This document shows, in pieces, positions 1 through 10,946 of a stretch of 64,000 nucleotides of DNA. The notes under the pieces were generated by a model. The model was given only the letters and a program-made list of their open reading frames with translations. It was not told the DNA's origin and did no database searches. The DNA lies in assembly GCF_003334385.1 (NCBI RefSeq), contig NZ_QOWN01000004.1; one strand, given 5' to 3'. Made by a program: the position numbers and the translations under genes. The stretch comes from Escherichia coli. GTDB lineage: Bacteria; Pseudomonadota; Gammaproteobacteria; Enterobacterales; Enterobacteriaceae. Position 1 is the stretch's first letter; each line of letters begins with the position of its first letter.

Positions 1-408
1 CAGTGCTTTAGTCAGCGGAGGCAGAATAGTGTTGATATATTCGTCAGTGGTCTGCTTGATCTTATTAGCAATATCTTCAGCAGCACCCAGCGCATATTCA
101 AAGAAGCTAATCTGTAAACGCAGGTCATTCAGGCTTACATCGAGAGTGGAATACGTATTAGCGAACGCGTACAACGGCAGGTTCTCGTTCATTTTGCTAA
201 TTTCTTCGCACAGCTCGAGATTATATTTATCCCAGTCAAAAATAACGCCGCACAGACGCGCATTGTTTTCGATCAGTTTTAATAAGTCGTCACGGTCGTT
301 CGGGTAAACAATCTGGAAGTTCAGACGTTCAAGCGCGCGATGAAGTTCACGGATGGGTTCTTCTTTAAAATAAACCCCCATGTGATTCAATATTGCAATA
401 ACGTTCAT
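1..408 (-). CDS. cadA: lysine decarboxylase CadA, N-terminal 136 codons only (gene continues past the left edge)
   Basis: Minus-strand frame from ATG (complement of 406..408) reads MNVIAILNHMGVYFKEEPIRELHRALERLNFQIVYPNDRDDLLKLIEN... with no stop before position 1; absent from ORF track because truncated. Confidence 0.9.
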   Translation of the reverse strand, partial: MNVIAILNHMGVYFKEEPIRELHRALERLNFQIVYPNDRDDLLKLIENNARLCGVIFDWDKYNLELCEEISKMNENLPLYAFANTYSTLDVSLNDLRLQISFFEYALGAAEDIANKIKQTTDEYINTILPPLTKAL

Positions 409-487
409 AGTCATATCTCCAGGTAAAAAAGGCCCCTCCCAACACATGGGACAAAATGAAAGGAGGAGCCTCGGAAAATACTTTTAA

Positions 488-1822
488 TTAATGTGCGTTA
501 GACGCGGTGTGGTTATCCATTGAGTGGCTCTGGCGCTCGTGCATTTTGCGAGCGTAGAACATCAGGATAATCAGGCTGACGATGAAGGTACCTGCCAGCT
601 CGAAGGAGCTTGCGCCCATCAGCGCGATGAAGCAGAACACGCAACCCAGTACAGAGCAGATCAGGCTGACAAAGTTGCGGATGTTAACGCCTTCAAAACG
701 AATCAGGTCAACGCAAGAGTAGAAATACGGCAGCATAGTCAGCAGTACTGCGATACCGGTCAGTTCACCGAACAGGTCAGATGCTTTACCACCGGCAGAG
801 TTCATCAGAGTGATAAGGATCATCAGGGCAGTCATTTTCACTGCAGCCAGCAGCAGACCTTTTTTCGGAATACCGTTGCTGTCGACTTCACCATAAACTT
901 TCGGGAAGTTACCGTCGTTAGCGGCACGTACACCTGCCTGGCCTACCAACATCATCCAGGAGCCCAGAGAAGTCAGGCACGCAAAGGCGGTGAATGCAGA
1001 AACCAGCGGCGCAGCCCAGTTACCGAGGATAGTTGAAGCACTGATTGCAAACGGAGCACCGGAAGCCGCCATTACAGAAGACGGATACATACCGGAAAGC
1101 ACCTGAGTCGCAGCGATGTAAACAATACCTGCTAAACCAGTACCCAGCATGGTTGCCAGCGGAACGGTACGTTTCGGGTTTTTAACCATACCAGTACTTA
1201 CAGCTGCGGATTCAACACCCACGAAGGCCCACAGGCAGAGCAGAATACTTTTAATGATCGCATGACCATCAGTGGTATCCGCAGTATTCCAGTTAGCTGC
1301 ATAAGTTGCCGCATCAAACCAATGCCAGCCAACAATAGCAGTCATCACCACAGGAATAAGAACCAGCACCAGACCAATAGTGGTTAAACGGCTTACCCAA
1401 GTACCGCCGAGCATATTTACAAAGGTAAATACCCAGACGATAGCAATACAGGCGATACCCGCCGGAACAGGATCATTTAATACTGGGAAGAAGGTGGAAA
1501 GATAAGATACAGCGGTAATACCAATCGCCAGGTTACCAATCCAGTTAGCATGGTAATAAAGAACACCTGTCTGAAAACCAAATGCAGGGGAAATTTCTCC
1601 GGCATAAGCAATTGGGCCACCTTGTTGCGGGTTTTTTGTTGCCAGTCGGGCATATACATACGCCAGCGACATTGCACCAATAATAGAGATAATCCAACCC
1701 CAGATAGCAATACCACCGATACTTGCTAGGTTCGCAGGTAATAATGCAATACCGCTCCCCATCATATTACCGGCAACAACACCGGTACAGGCAAATAGCC
1801 CGATCTTCTTGGCAGAACTCAT
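488..1822 (-). CDS. cadB: lysine:cadaverine antiporter (APC family)
   Basis: ORF-track 444 aa polytopic membrane protein; sequence and length recognised as CadB; sits directly upstream of cadA on the same strand. Confidence 0.95.
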   Translation of the reverse strand: MSSAKKIGLFACTGVVAGNMMGSGIALLPANLASIGGIAIWGWIISIIGAMSLAYVYARLATKNPQQGGPIAYAGEISPAFGFQTGVLYYHANWIGNLAIGITAVSYLSTFFPVLNDPVPAGIACIAIVWVFTFVNMLGGTWVSRLTTIGLVLVLIPVVMTAIVGWHWFDAATYAANWNTADTTDGHAIIKSILLCLWAFVGVESAAVSTGMVKNPKRTVPLATMLGTGLAGIVYIAATQVLSGMYPSSVMAASGAPFAISASTILGNWAAPLVSAFTAFACLTSLGSWMMLVGQAGVRAANDGNFPKVYGEVDSNGIPKKGLLLAAVKMTALMILITLMNSAGGKASDLFGELTGIAVLLTMLPYFYSCVDLIRFEGVNIRNFVSLICSVLGCVFCFIALMGASSFELAGTFIVSLIILMFYARKMHERQSHSMDNHTASNAH

Positions 1823-2186
1823 GCTCTTCTCCTAATTTCATTTTTGAATTTGGAGTCCGGGTCATGATGTATAACTATTTCCTGACCAGACCAAACTGGC
1901 GATAAGATTACTCACGAAAAAAGGATTAATCCTAAAGATTAGGTGAAATAACACAAAAGTTTCTGTAAGTGAGAACTTGAGGTTTTTTATTAACACATCA
2001 GGATCGCAAGTTGATATCATGAAAAGATAAACATTTAATGTTTACAATGGATTGCGTGACATTCTCTGGTTAAATTTATGTAATAAAAATTATGCGGCAA
2101 ATAAATTGCCGCAACATATTATACCAACAGGAACATACAAAAACTCAACAACAAATATTTCCGAGCATAAATCAACCCGGAGTTAC
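1823..2186 (-). promoter_or_regulatory. AT-rich cadBA promoter/control region between cadC and cadB; contains a GC hairpin (gcggcaaataaattgccgc) consistent with a cadC terminator
   Basis: Strongly AT-rich 364-bp intergenic region; position relative to cadC/cadB; CadC dependence is established knowledge, binding sites not mapped here. Confidence 0.5.
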
Positions 2187-3725
2187 TTATTCTGAAGCAA
2201 GAAATTTGTCGAGATAAGGTACAACATAAGGAACAGAAGTCTGGAATATACCATTTTCAATCCAGTAAAGGGTGTTTGCCCCTGGGCGTAAATTAAAGGC
2301 GGTGAGATATGCATCAGCTGCTTCCCGGCTCATCCCCTTCATTTCATAAACCTTGCCAAGCAACACATAATTTAGCCAGGACATTTCAAGATCAATGCCA
2401 GTATTTATCGCCTGGTAAGACTCATCTGTTTTACCTTTTACCAGAGCACTGACCGCTTTTATTTGATATATAATGGACAGGTTGTTCAATTCCGGCAGTG
2501 TAACAATGTTATCTATTTCTGTGTTCAGTGCTGCTAATTGTTTTTCATCTAAAGGATGTTGAGAATGGCGCACGATATCAACTAATGCTTTTTCTGCTCT
2601 CGCGTAGGTAAATTCTGGGGATGATTGAACAATCTCACCTAATAATTCACTGGCACGGTTCAATGATTTATCATCGCCATGCAGTAAATAATCATGTGCC
2701 TGATAAAAATTAGTTAATAACGCACCACGATGCGGCAAAATTTTCTGGAGCGTCTCCTGCATTCGTTGTGGCCACGGTTGGTTTAACGCTTTTGATAAAC
2801 TCTCCAGTAAATCATTTTGAATCGCCAGCTGATTACCGTTAGTGATGACATAACGTTTATCCAGCATGGTTGAACCATCTGCATTGTCTACCAATTTTAT
2901 CGACATAAAGCATTGTTGAGCACGGTATTGGCGCTGATTAACAAACGCAATAGATAATGTTTTACCGGAACTGCTCGGTTCATCAATGTTGTAGTTGATT
3001 TTGTCATGCACCATAAAGGTGGAGAAGGTGTTAAGTGATGTCGCCACCAAATCACCCACGCCTATCGCGTAAGAGAGCTGATACGGGGAACTCCAGCTGT
3101 TACAACTTTTATTTACCATATTAATGTCAATATCGCGTGGATTGAGCAAAATACGCGATTTGCTCATAGGAAGACGTGTATCAAGACTTGAAAACGCTAC
3201 CAGTGCTACACAGATACCTAACGACAACAGGAAAAAAAACCATACCCAAAAGGTAGTGAATCGTTTGCTTTTAACTGGGGATTGTTCAGGTGGCGTTGCG
3301 GTGTTTTGAATGTTAAGACTGTGGGAGGGAGAATCTGTGGCAGGAACCGCCTCTGGTATAGGGGGAGGCGAAGATAGCATTATTTCCTCTCCCTCTTCTT
3401 CGCTGTACCAGATAACCGGCACCATTAATTTATAGCCGCGCTTTGGTACAGTAGCGATATAGACAGGACTATCTTCATCATTATCTTTTAATGACTTACG
3501 TAGTTCTGAGATACTCTGCGTCACAACGTGATTGGTGACAATACTTCTCTTCCAGACATTATCGATAAGTTCATCCCTGCTAAGTACTTCGCCACTGTGT
3601 TGAGCAAAGAAAACCAGAAGATCGATTAATCTCGGCTCAAGGGTAAGTTGACGCCCATTGCGGCTAATTTGGTTTATGGACGGAGTAACAAGCCATTCGC
3701 CAACGCGAACTACAGGTTGTTGCAT
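2187..3725 (-). CDS. cadC: membrane-integrated transcriptional activator of the cad operon (ToxR-like)
   Basis: ORF-track 512 aa; N-terminal winged-helix region, single TM segment (FWVWFFFLLSLGICVALVAF), periplasmic sensor domain; length matches CadC. Confidence 0.95.
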   Translation of the reverse strand: MQQPVVRVGEWLVTPSINQISRNGRQLTLEPRLIDLLVFFAQHSGEVLSRDELIDNVWKRSIVTNHVVTQSISELRKSLKDNDEDSPVYIATVPKRGYKLMVPVIWYSEEEGEEIMLSSPPPIPEAVPATDSPSHSLNIQNTATPPEQSPVKSKRFTTFWVWFFFLLSLGICVALVAFSSLDTRLPMSKSRILLNPRDIDINMVNKSCNSWSSPYQLSYAIGVGDLVATSLNTFSTFMVHDKINYNIDEPSSSGKTLSIAFVNQRQYRAQQCFMSIKLVDNADGSTMLDKRYVITNGNQLAIQNDLLESLSKALNQPWPQRMQETLQKILPHRGALLTNFYQAHDYLLHGDDKSLNRASELLGEIVQSSPEFTYARAEKALVDIVRHSQHPLDEKQLAALNTEIDNIVTLPELNNLSIIYQIKAVSALVKGKTDESYQAINTGIDLEMSWLNYVLLGKVYEMKGMSREAADAYLTAFNLRPGANTLYWIENGIFQTSVPYVVPYLDKFLASE

Positions 3726-4300
3726 AATAGAAACTCATTCGAAAAGGGAATGATGCAATGATAATTGCCACAACCTATTTTTACCATCTATAGATGGGTT
3801 TATTTACATATTATTGGTGAATGCAAGACGTTATTTTTACCAGCCATAAACTTCTTGATTACATAGTATTACGAAAGGATTTTACTGAGAACCAGAAGTA
3901 ATATTCCTTACCATCAAAATTCATCATCTTTGCCAAAGAAAAATGTTCAGAAAATAATCCATGGAAAATTGTCCGGAGCACTTACTATTTTAATGGATTG
4001 TTAGTCTTTGCATGAGCAAGCGAACTGATACATTTCTCTTTGTTCTCATTCAGAAAATCTCATCAGTCGCCGTTCAGACCGGTGTTGTGCTTTATGGATG
4101 CGTTACGCTCCTGATGACGTCATTTGACGTTCAACAGCATCACGGGGCCGCACGACATTTCACGTCAGTTAGTGCTATAGCTCAGGAACAAATTTTCCCG
4201 AATTGGGATATGCCCGCAAATTGCTGGTGATGTGGGGAGAATCTGGTTGAGTTCGGTAGAATTGATTTGGAGGCAGAACGCTTAAATCGTGGCGTCCTGA

Positions 4301-4332
4301 AACGAAAAACGGACCTCCGTGGAGGTCCGTTT
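4301..4332 (-). terminator. rho-independent terminator downstream of pheU
   Basis: Hairpin aacggacctcc/ggaggtccgtt followed on the minus strand by a U-rich run (plus-strand aacgaaaaac). Confidence 0.65.
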
Positions 4333-4341
4333 ATATGAATT

Positions 4342-4417
4342 TGGTGCCCGGACTCGGAATCGAACCAAGGACACGGGGATTTTCAATCCCCTGCTCTACC
4401 GACTGAGCTATCCGGGC
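4342..4417 (-). tRNA. pheU: tRNA-Phe (GAA)
   Basis: Reverse complement is GCCCGGATAGCTCAGTCGGTAGAGCAGGGGATTGAAAATCCCCGTGTCCTTGGTTCGATTCCGAGTCCGGGCACCA, 76 nt with encoded CCA. Confidence 0.95.
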
Positions 4418-4523
4418 AACGGGGCGCATTAAACCGTAATCTGCACATCTCGTCAACCTAATTTCAGTAAAAGCGATTCAACTGCTTAAGATTGCGGCAA
4501 ATCGCTTCTTTTCTGTGTTTCTG

Positions 4524-5099
4524 TCAGGTCAATGCACCACCCTGGCGGCAGCGGGCGAAGCGCAGGATATCTTCCGCCAGCCGATGTGCAGTGTCGACAT
4601 CCGCCTGGCTACGATTCACCAGCATTCGGCTTAAACAGCCTTCCAGCACCAGTTCCATCTGCTTTGCTACCATCGCCGGATCGTCAACTTCCAGTGTGGT
4701 TAACAGTTCGTGGGTGAAATCGTAGGCCGCGCTTTTTTGCTGATCGGCCAGTTGATGAATAGGGTGGCCAGGATCGGGATAAAACGTACAGGCAGCGATA
4801 AATAGACAGCCCGGATAGCGGTTGTTTTTAACGCACTCCGATAACGCCTGATAACGTGCCAGCAGCTTTTGTTCGGCGGTTTGCGTTTCGTCCAGCATCA
4901 GCTGACGACGCCAGACATCTATCTGTTGGCTAAGATAACGCAGCGCATCGTAGAGGATTGCCTCTTTGTCTGGCCAGAAGCGGCGTAGCTCGTCCAGTGG
5001 ATAATCCACACGTTCAGCAACCATCTCCAGCGTGGTGTTGGCAATCCCTTGTAATTCTAATAATTTCAGGGCTTCTCCCAGTACATCTTCACGTTGCAC
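4524..5099 (-). CDS. yjdC: TetR-family transcriptional regulator; likely GTG start, the ORF-track ORF extends to 5123
   Basis: ORF-track 199 aa; N-terminal HTH ([31 protein letters not shown]); GTG at complement of 5097..5099 gives the 191-aa length I recall for YjdC. Confidence 0.8.
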
Positions 5100-5135
5100 G
5101 CTATTTTCCTCCGTCTTTCCCACTGCAAGTGTCGT

Positions 5136-6833
5136 TCACGGTTGGCGATCGCGCAAATGTGCGCTGAAGGTTTCAGCATCCATAAAGCCCGTGACGCGTG
5201 CTTGTGGATGCTCCTGGCCTTGTCCGTCAAAAAAGAGAATTGTCGGTAGGCCAAGGACATTAAGATGCTTTAACAGCGCCACATCTTGTGCGTCGTTGGC
5301 CGTGACGTTGGCCTGAAGTAAGACCGTGTCTGCTAACGCTTTTTGCACCTGCGGGTCGCTGAAGGTGTATTTCTCAAACTCTTTACAGGCGACGCACCAG
5401 TCGGCATAAAGATCTAACATCACCGGTTTGCCTTTGGCTTCAACGAGCGCCTGATTTAACTCATCTACCGTTTTGATTTGTGTAAAGTTGAGATGCGTCT
5501 GAGTTTGCGCGGTATGCGTCGCACCAAATGCCCAATCCTGAAGTGGGCGCACGCTAACCAATGCCGCTGCCAGCAGAATAATTTGCACAATACGCATCCA
5601 GCCGCGTTTAGCCTGTAGGCTGGTGATAAAGGCCCAGCCAAAGAATGCGACACCCAGCGCCGACCACAAGCGTAATCCCCATACATCACCAATCACTCGC
5701 TCCAGCAGGAAGACCGGCAGTGCGAGGATCACAAAACCAAACGCGGTTTTGACTTGTTCCATCCACGGGCCGCTTTTCGGCAGCAAGCGGTTACCAAAGA
5801 CGGTAATTAGCATCAGCGGCAGGCCCATGCCCAACGCATAGAGATAAAGCGTGCCGCCGCCCAGCCACATGTTCCCGCTTTGGGCGATATACAGCAGAAT
5901 CGCGCTAAGCGGTGCGGTGGTGCATGGTGAACAGATCAGTCCGGCAATCGCCCCCATAACAAACACACCGCCAGGTGAGCCGCCCTGTTGGCGATTGCTC
6001 ATCAACGTGAGACGTGTTTGCAGCGAAGAGGGGAGTTGCAGGGTAAACAAGCCAAACATTGACATCGCCAGCAAGGTAAAGACGATGGCGAGGCCAATGA
6101 GCACGTATGGGTGCTGTAGCGCCGCCTGGAACTGTAACCCTGCGGCGGCAACCACCAGACCCAGCGCCGTGTAGGTCAGCGCCATCCCCTGCACATAAAT
6201 AAAGGTCAGCAACAATGCTCTGGCAGTGGAGAGCCGCTGTTTACCACCCAGCACGATGCCAGAAATCAGTGGGTACATTGGCAGCACGCATGGCGTAAAG
6301 GCGATACCAATACCGATCAACAACGCCCAGAGCGCGGAAAAGGGCAATTGCGCGGTGGGCTGCTCTTGCTGCGGAACAGACACAGGCTGTGGCGCTGCGT
6401 TGTTGGCGACCACTTCGCTTAACGGAACGGTTTTGGTTTCTGGCGGATAACAGAAACCGGCATCAGCACAGCCCTGGTAGGTGACAGTTAACGTCGCTCC
6501 CGCACTCGCCTGGTTGATGGTGACGGGAAGCGTCAGCCGATCGCGGTAAATCTCGCTTTTGCCGTAAAACTCATCTTCATGCCAGACGCCTTGCGGCAGC
6601 TGCACGTCGGCAATTTTCGCGTGTTCCGGCGTAATGCGGATCTGTTTACGGTAGAGGTAGTAACCGTCTTTGATCTGCCAGGTCAGATTAAGGTCATGTT
6701 GGTTTTGCTGAAAATCAAAAGCAAAGGCTTGATCCGCGGGGACAAATTGTGAACGTCCCGGCGCGTCGAATAATCCGGCAAAAACGGAAGTGCTGCAAAG
6801 TAGCAGGATCAGCGTAAAGATGCGTTGAGCCAT
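5136..6833 (-). CDS. dsbD: thiol:disulfide interchange protein DsbD (start taken at internal ATG giving 565 aa)
   Basis: ORF-track 592 aa; signal peptide [19 protein letters not shown], central TM domain, C-terminal thioredoxin-like WCVACK motif. Confidence 0.9.
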
Positions 6834-7147
6834 GAGAGGTAATCTGTGTCTCCGTGTGTAACAGGTAAAACCAGAAGTTCCGGGGTTTGATATGGATGAT
6901 GAGACTTCAGGCATTCCAGCAGTGCCTGCTGGTGAGATACGGTAGTTTTTAAAATCATCTGCACTTCGTATTCTTGCTCCAGCTTACCTTCCCAGTAATA
7001 GAGAGAGGTAGCGCCGGGGATCAAGGTCGCGCAGGCCGCCAGTTTTTCCGCCAGCACTTTGGCGGCTAAATCCTGGGCTGTCGCTTCATCTGGTGCCGTA
7101 CATAGCACCACGACAGACGCGGTATTCGAACTTTTTTCATCAAGCAT
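6809..7147 (-). CDS. cutA: divalent-cation tolerance protein CutA
   Basis: ORF-track 114 aa, start taken at MLDEK (112 aa); 3' end overlaps the dsbD start by about 25 nt. Confidence 0.9.
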
Positions 7148-7262
7148 AAACACCTCGCAAGAACAGATGGAACCGCAAGAGAGAGGTCACTATACAACGG
7201 ACGGGGGAAGGATGTTAGTCGGCGGGAAAGAAAGCGGGGCGTGAACGCCCCGCGATTGATCA

Positions 7263-8564
7263 TTACAGCATGAAGCTACCCAGCACGAAGCCGAAGCAAA
7301 CGGCCAGGGCAACACCCAGAGTACCCGGGATGAAGAACGGATGGTTGAAGACGAATTTACCGATACGGGTAGTACCCGTGTCATCCATCTGTACCGCAGC
7401 AACCAGCGTCGGGTAGGTCGGCAGAATGAACAGACCAGACACCGCAGCGAAAGAAGCAACAGCGGTCAGCGGTGAAACGTTCAGTGCCAGAGCCATCGGC
7501 ATCAGTGCTTTTGCGGTTGCAGCCTGAGAGTACAGCAGAGCAGAAGCAAAGAAGAAGATGACGGCCAGCAGCCACGGATGACCCTGAATCACTTCACCAG
7601 CGGTATCTTTGATCCAGTCGATGTTGTTGGAAACGAAAGTATCGCCCAGCCACGCAACACCCAGGATACAAATACAGGCGCTCATACCTGCTTTGAAGGT
7701 GCTGGAGTTGAGGATGTTGTCGGTATCGACTTTACAGATAACGGTGGTCAGAGTTGCAACGCTGAGCATGATGATCAGGATTGCGTTGGTGGTGTTCATC
7801 AGCGGTTTTTCAACCAGACCCATGCTTGGGCTGTTGATGATTGCATAGATAACCACGCCAACTACGCCCAGCAGGAACAGCCAGACGGACGTTTTTGCAC
7901 CGGATTTGATTTCAATCTGCTTTTCACCGCGCAGTTCAACCAGGCCCTCTTCCAGACGCTTGCGATAAATCGGATCGTCAGAGAGTTTGGAGTTGAACAG
8001 CATAGTGACCAGGAAGGACATCACCAGAACCGCCAGCAGGGTGGACGGGATGACCACGGAGAGCAGATGGAGGTAGCTGATGCCATGACCTTCCATCACG
8101 GAAGACATGTAAACCACTGCCGCTGAGATTGGCGATGCGGTGATCGCAATCTGCGCGGATACCACTGCAGTAGACAGCGGACGGCAAGGTTTAACGCCTT
8201 GTTCCTTCGCAACTTCAGCGATAACTGGCAGTGTCGCCAGAGAGATGTTGCCAGTACCAGCAAAGATAGTCAGGAAATAGGTCACGATCGGTGCGAGGAT
8301 CGTGATGTATTTCGGGTTACGGCGCAGCAGCTTTTCTGTCTGATGAACCAGATAGTCCAGACCGCCAGCAACCTGCATGGCAGAAATAGCGGCGATAACC
8401 GCCATGATAATGGAGATGACATCGAACGGGATGTTACCGGGTTTAACGCCAATAGCGGCAAGAACCAGCACCCCCAATCCGCCTGCAAAACCAATACCTA
8501 TTCCCCCCAATCTGGCGCCCAAGAAGATCGCCAGCAAAACTATGATGAGTTCTACAACTAGCAT
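7263..8564 (-). CDS. dcuA: anaerobic C4-dicarboxylate transporter DcuA
   Basis: ORF-track 433 aa polytopic membrane protein; recognised sequence; immediately downstream of aspA. Confidence 0.95.
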   Translation of the reverse strand: MLVVELIIVLLAIFLGARLGGIGIGFAGGLGVLVLAAIGVKPGNIPFDVISIIMAVIAAISAMQVAGGLDYLVHQTEKLLRRNPKYITILAPIVTYFLTIFAGTGNISLATLPVIAEVAKEQGVKPCRPLSTAVVSAQIAITASPISAAVVYMSSVMEGHGISYLHLLSVVIPSTLLAVLVMSFLVTMLFNSKLSDDPIYRKRLEEGLVELRGEKQIEIKSGAKTSVWLFLLGVVGVVIYAIINSPSMGLVEKPLMNTTNAILIIMLSVATLTTVICKVDTDNILNSSTFKAGMSACICILGVAWLGDTFVSNNIDWIKDTAGEVIQGHPWLLAVIFFFASALLYSQAATAKALMPMALALNVSPLTAVASFAAVSGLFILPTYPTLVAAVQMDDTGTTRIGKFVFNHPFFIPGTLGVALAVCFGFVLGSFML

Positions 8565-8627
8565 ATTAGCCTTCCTTGTTTTTTAACAAGTTGATATTAG
8601 ATTGTTATTTTTAAGTTACTGCTCACA

Positions 8628-8662
8628 AGAAAAAAGGCACGTCATCTGACGTGCCTTTTTTA
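8628..8662 (-). terminator. rho-independent terminator after aspA
   Basis: Hairpin aggcacgtcatctgacgtgcct flanked by A/T runs between aspA stop and dcuA start. Confidence 0.6.
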
Positions 8663-8681
8663 TTTGTACTACCCTGTACGA

Positions 8682-10118
8682 TTACTGTTCGCTTTCATCA
8701 GTATAGCGTTTTGCTTTGTAAGCCGGGTGCATCAGATTCTGTACGGAGAAAATATCGTCAAGTTCCGCTTCAGTCAACAGACCGCGTTCCAGAACGACTT
8801 CACGTACACTCTTACCGGTTTCGGCACAGATTTTACCCACGATGTCACCGTTGTGGTGACCGATGAACGGGTTCAGGTAAGTAACGATACCGATAGAGTT
8901 GTAAACGTAACCTTCGCACACTTCTTTGTTAGCAGTGATGCCGTTAATGCATTTTTCCAGCAGGTTGTAGCAAGCGTTGGTCAGAATGTGAACGGATTCG
9001 AACATGGCCTGGCCAATGACCGGCTCCATAACGTTCAACTGCAGCTGACCTGCTTCTGCTGCCATGGTAACAGTGGTGTCGTTACCGATGACTTTGAAGC
9101 ATACCTGGTTAACCACTTCCGGAACAACCGGGTTTACTTTAGCTGGCATGATGGAAGAGCCCGCCTGCAGTTCCGGCAGGTTGATCTCGTTCAGGCCGGC
9201 ACGTGGGCCTGAAGAGAGCAAGCGCAGGTCGTTACAGATTTTGGACATCTTCACAGCCAGGCGTTTCAGCGCGCCGTGAACCATAACATAAGCGCCGCAG
9301 TCAGAGGTCGCTTCGATCAGGTCTTCAGCCGGTACGCATGGGAAGCCAGTAACTTCAGCCAGTTTTTTCACTGCCAGCGGAGAGTACTCTTTCGGCGTGT
9401 TCAGACCAGTACCGATTGCTGTTGCACCAAGGTTAACTTCCAGCAGCAGTTCAGCGGTACGTTGGATGTTTTTCACTTCTTCTTTCAGCAGGATGCTGAA
9501 AGCGCGGAATTCCTGACCGAGGGTCATCGGTACTGCGTCCTGCAGCTGGGTACGACCCATTTTCAGGATGTCCTGGAATTCGACAGCTTTACGTTCAAAG
9601 CCTTCACGCAGTTGGTTAATCGCATCTACCAGCTTAATCAGGGAAGAGTAAACTGCGATACGGAAACCGGTCGGGTAGGCGTCGTTAGTGGACTGACATT
9701 TGTTAACATGGTCGTTCGGGTTCAGGTACTGATATTCACCTTTTTGGTGACCCATCAGTTCCAGACCGATATTGGCCAGCACTTCGTTGGTGTTCATGTT
9801 TACGGAAGTACCTGCGCCGCCCTGGTAGACGTCTACCGGGAACTGATCCATGCATTTTCCGTTGTTCAGGACTTCATCACATGCGGCAATGATGGCATTC
9901 GCTACACTTTTAGGAATGGTTTGCAGCTCTTTGTTTGCCATAGCTGCGGCTTTTTTAACCATTACCATACCGCGAACAAATTCAGGAATATCACTGATTT
10001 TGTTGTTGCTGATATAGAAGTTTTCAATCGCTCTCAGAGTGTGAACACCATAGTAGGCATCAGCTGGAACTTCCCTGGTACCCAACAGATCTTCTTCGAT
10101 ACGAATGTTGTTTGACAT
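8682..10118 (-). CDS. aspA: aspartate ammonia-lyase (aspartase)
   Basis: ORF-track 493 aa; start taken at [24 protein letters not shown] (478 aa); fumarase/aspartase family motifs [11 protein letters not shown]. Confidence 0.95.
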
Positions 10119-10305
10119 GTGAACCTTCTTTTTCAAGCTGCCAATGATTTGCTTTAAACACACAGAATATATGTGGTTTCGAATGTTTTTCGACCGACGA
10201 TTATCCCCTGCATCGACCGAATACCCGAGATCATATGCTGCTTGAGGATTTCTACCGTAATCTGGATCACTTTAAGTGTCGGTTTTTACCCCTTAATTAT
10301 TAATT

Positions 10306-10321
10306 TGTGAAATAGATCACC
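10306..10321 (-). promoter_or_regulatory. CRP-like site (tgtgaaatagatcac) in the aspA promoter region
   Basis: Match to TGTGA-N6-TCACA with one degenerate half-site, upstream of aspA start. Confidence 0.4.
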
Positions 10322-10454
10322 GCTTTGGGATTACTACCAAAAATAGTTGCGCAAACATCTTGAAATTTTGCTAATGACCACAATATAAGCTAAACGCGAT
10401 TCGCAACCCATTCAGGTAGCCGGGGTTAACCGGCTGCTATTACAGGAGAAACCT

Positions 10455-10931
10455 TTGCGCTGGTTACCTTTTATTGCCATTTTCCTTTATGTCTATATTG
10501 AGATTTCAATCTTTATTCAGGTTGCCCATGTATTGGGGGTATTGCTGACCCTCGTGCTGGTTATATTCACGTCAGTTATCGGTATGTCACTGGTACGTAA
10601 CCAGGGCTTTAAGAATTTCGTGCTGATGCAGCAAAAAATGGCGGCGGGTGAAAACCCAGCGGCGGAGATGATTAAAAGTGTTTCGCTGATCATTGCTGGT
10701 TTGCTGCTTTTATTACCGGGCTTTTTTACCGACTTCCTCGGTCTTCTACTTTTATTGCCGCCGGTGCAAAAGCATCTGACAGTGAAGTTGATGCCGCATT
10801 TGCGCTTTTCTCGCATGCCTGGCGGCGGTTTTAGCGCCGGGACCGGTGGCGGTAATACTTTTGATGGTGAGTACCAGCGAAAGGATGATGAGCGCGACCG
10901 CCTTGATCATAAAGACGATCGCCAGGATTAA
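10455..10931 (+). CDS. fxsA: inner-membrane protein FxsA (TTG start)
   Basis: ORF-track 158 aa; TTG at 10455; recognised sequence with acidic/basic C-terminal tail. Confidence 0.9.
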   Translation: MRWLPFIAIFLYVYIEISIFIQVAHVLGVLLTLVLVIFTSVIGMSLVRNQGFKNFVLMQQKMAAGENPAAEMIKSVSLIIAGLLLLLPGFFTDFLGLLLLLPPVQKHLTVKLMPHLRFSRMPGGGFSAGTGGGNTFDGEYQRKDDERDRLDHKDDRQD

Positions 10932-10946
10932 TGTCGAAACGCCGGA

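Noticed and set aside
4012-4230. 72-aa ORF between cadC and pheU
   Set aside because: No RBS or motif I can recognise and no similarity to integrase or any known family by eye; could be spurious or part of a degraded remnant; not reported as a gene.
4170-4235. tRNA-like fragment (gtgctatagctcagg...) near pheU
   Set aside because: Only the D-arm-like stretch resembles a tRNA; no acceptor-stem complementarity or T-arm could be built; probably chance similarity.
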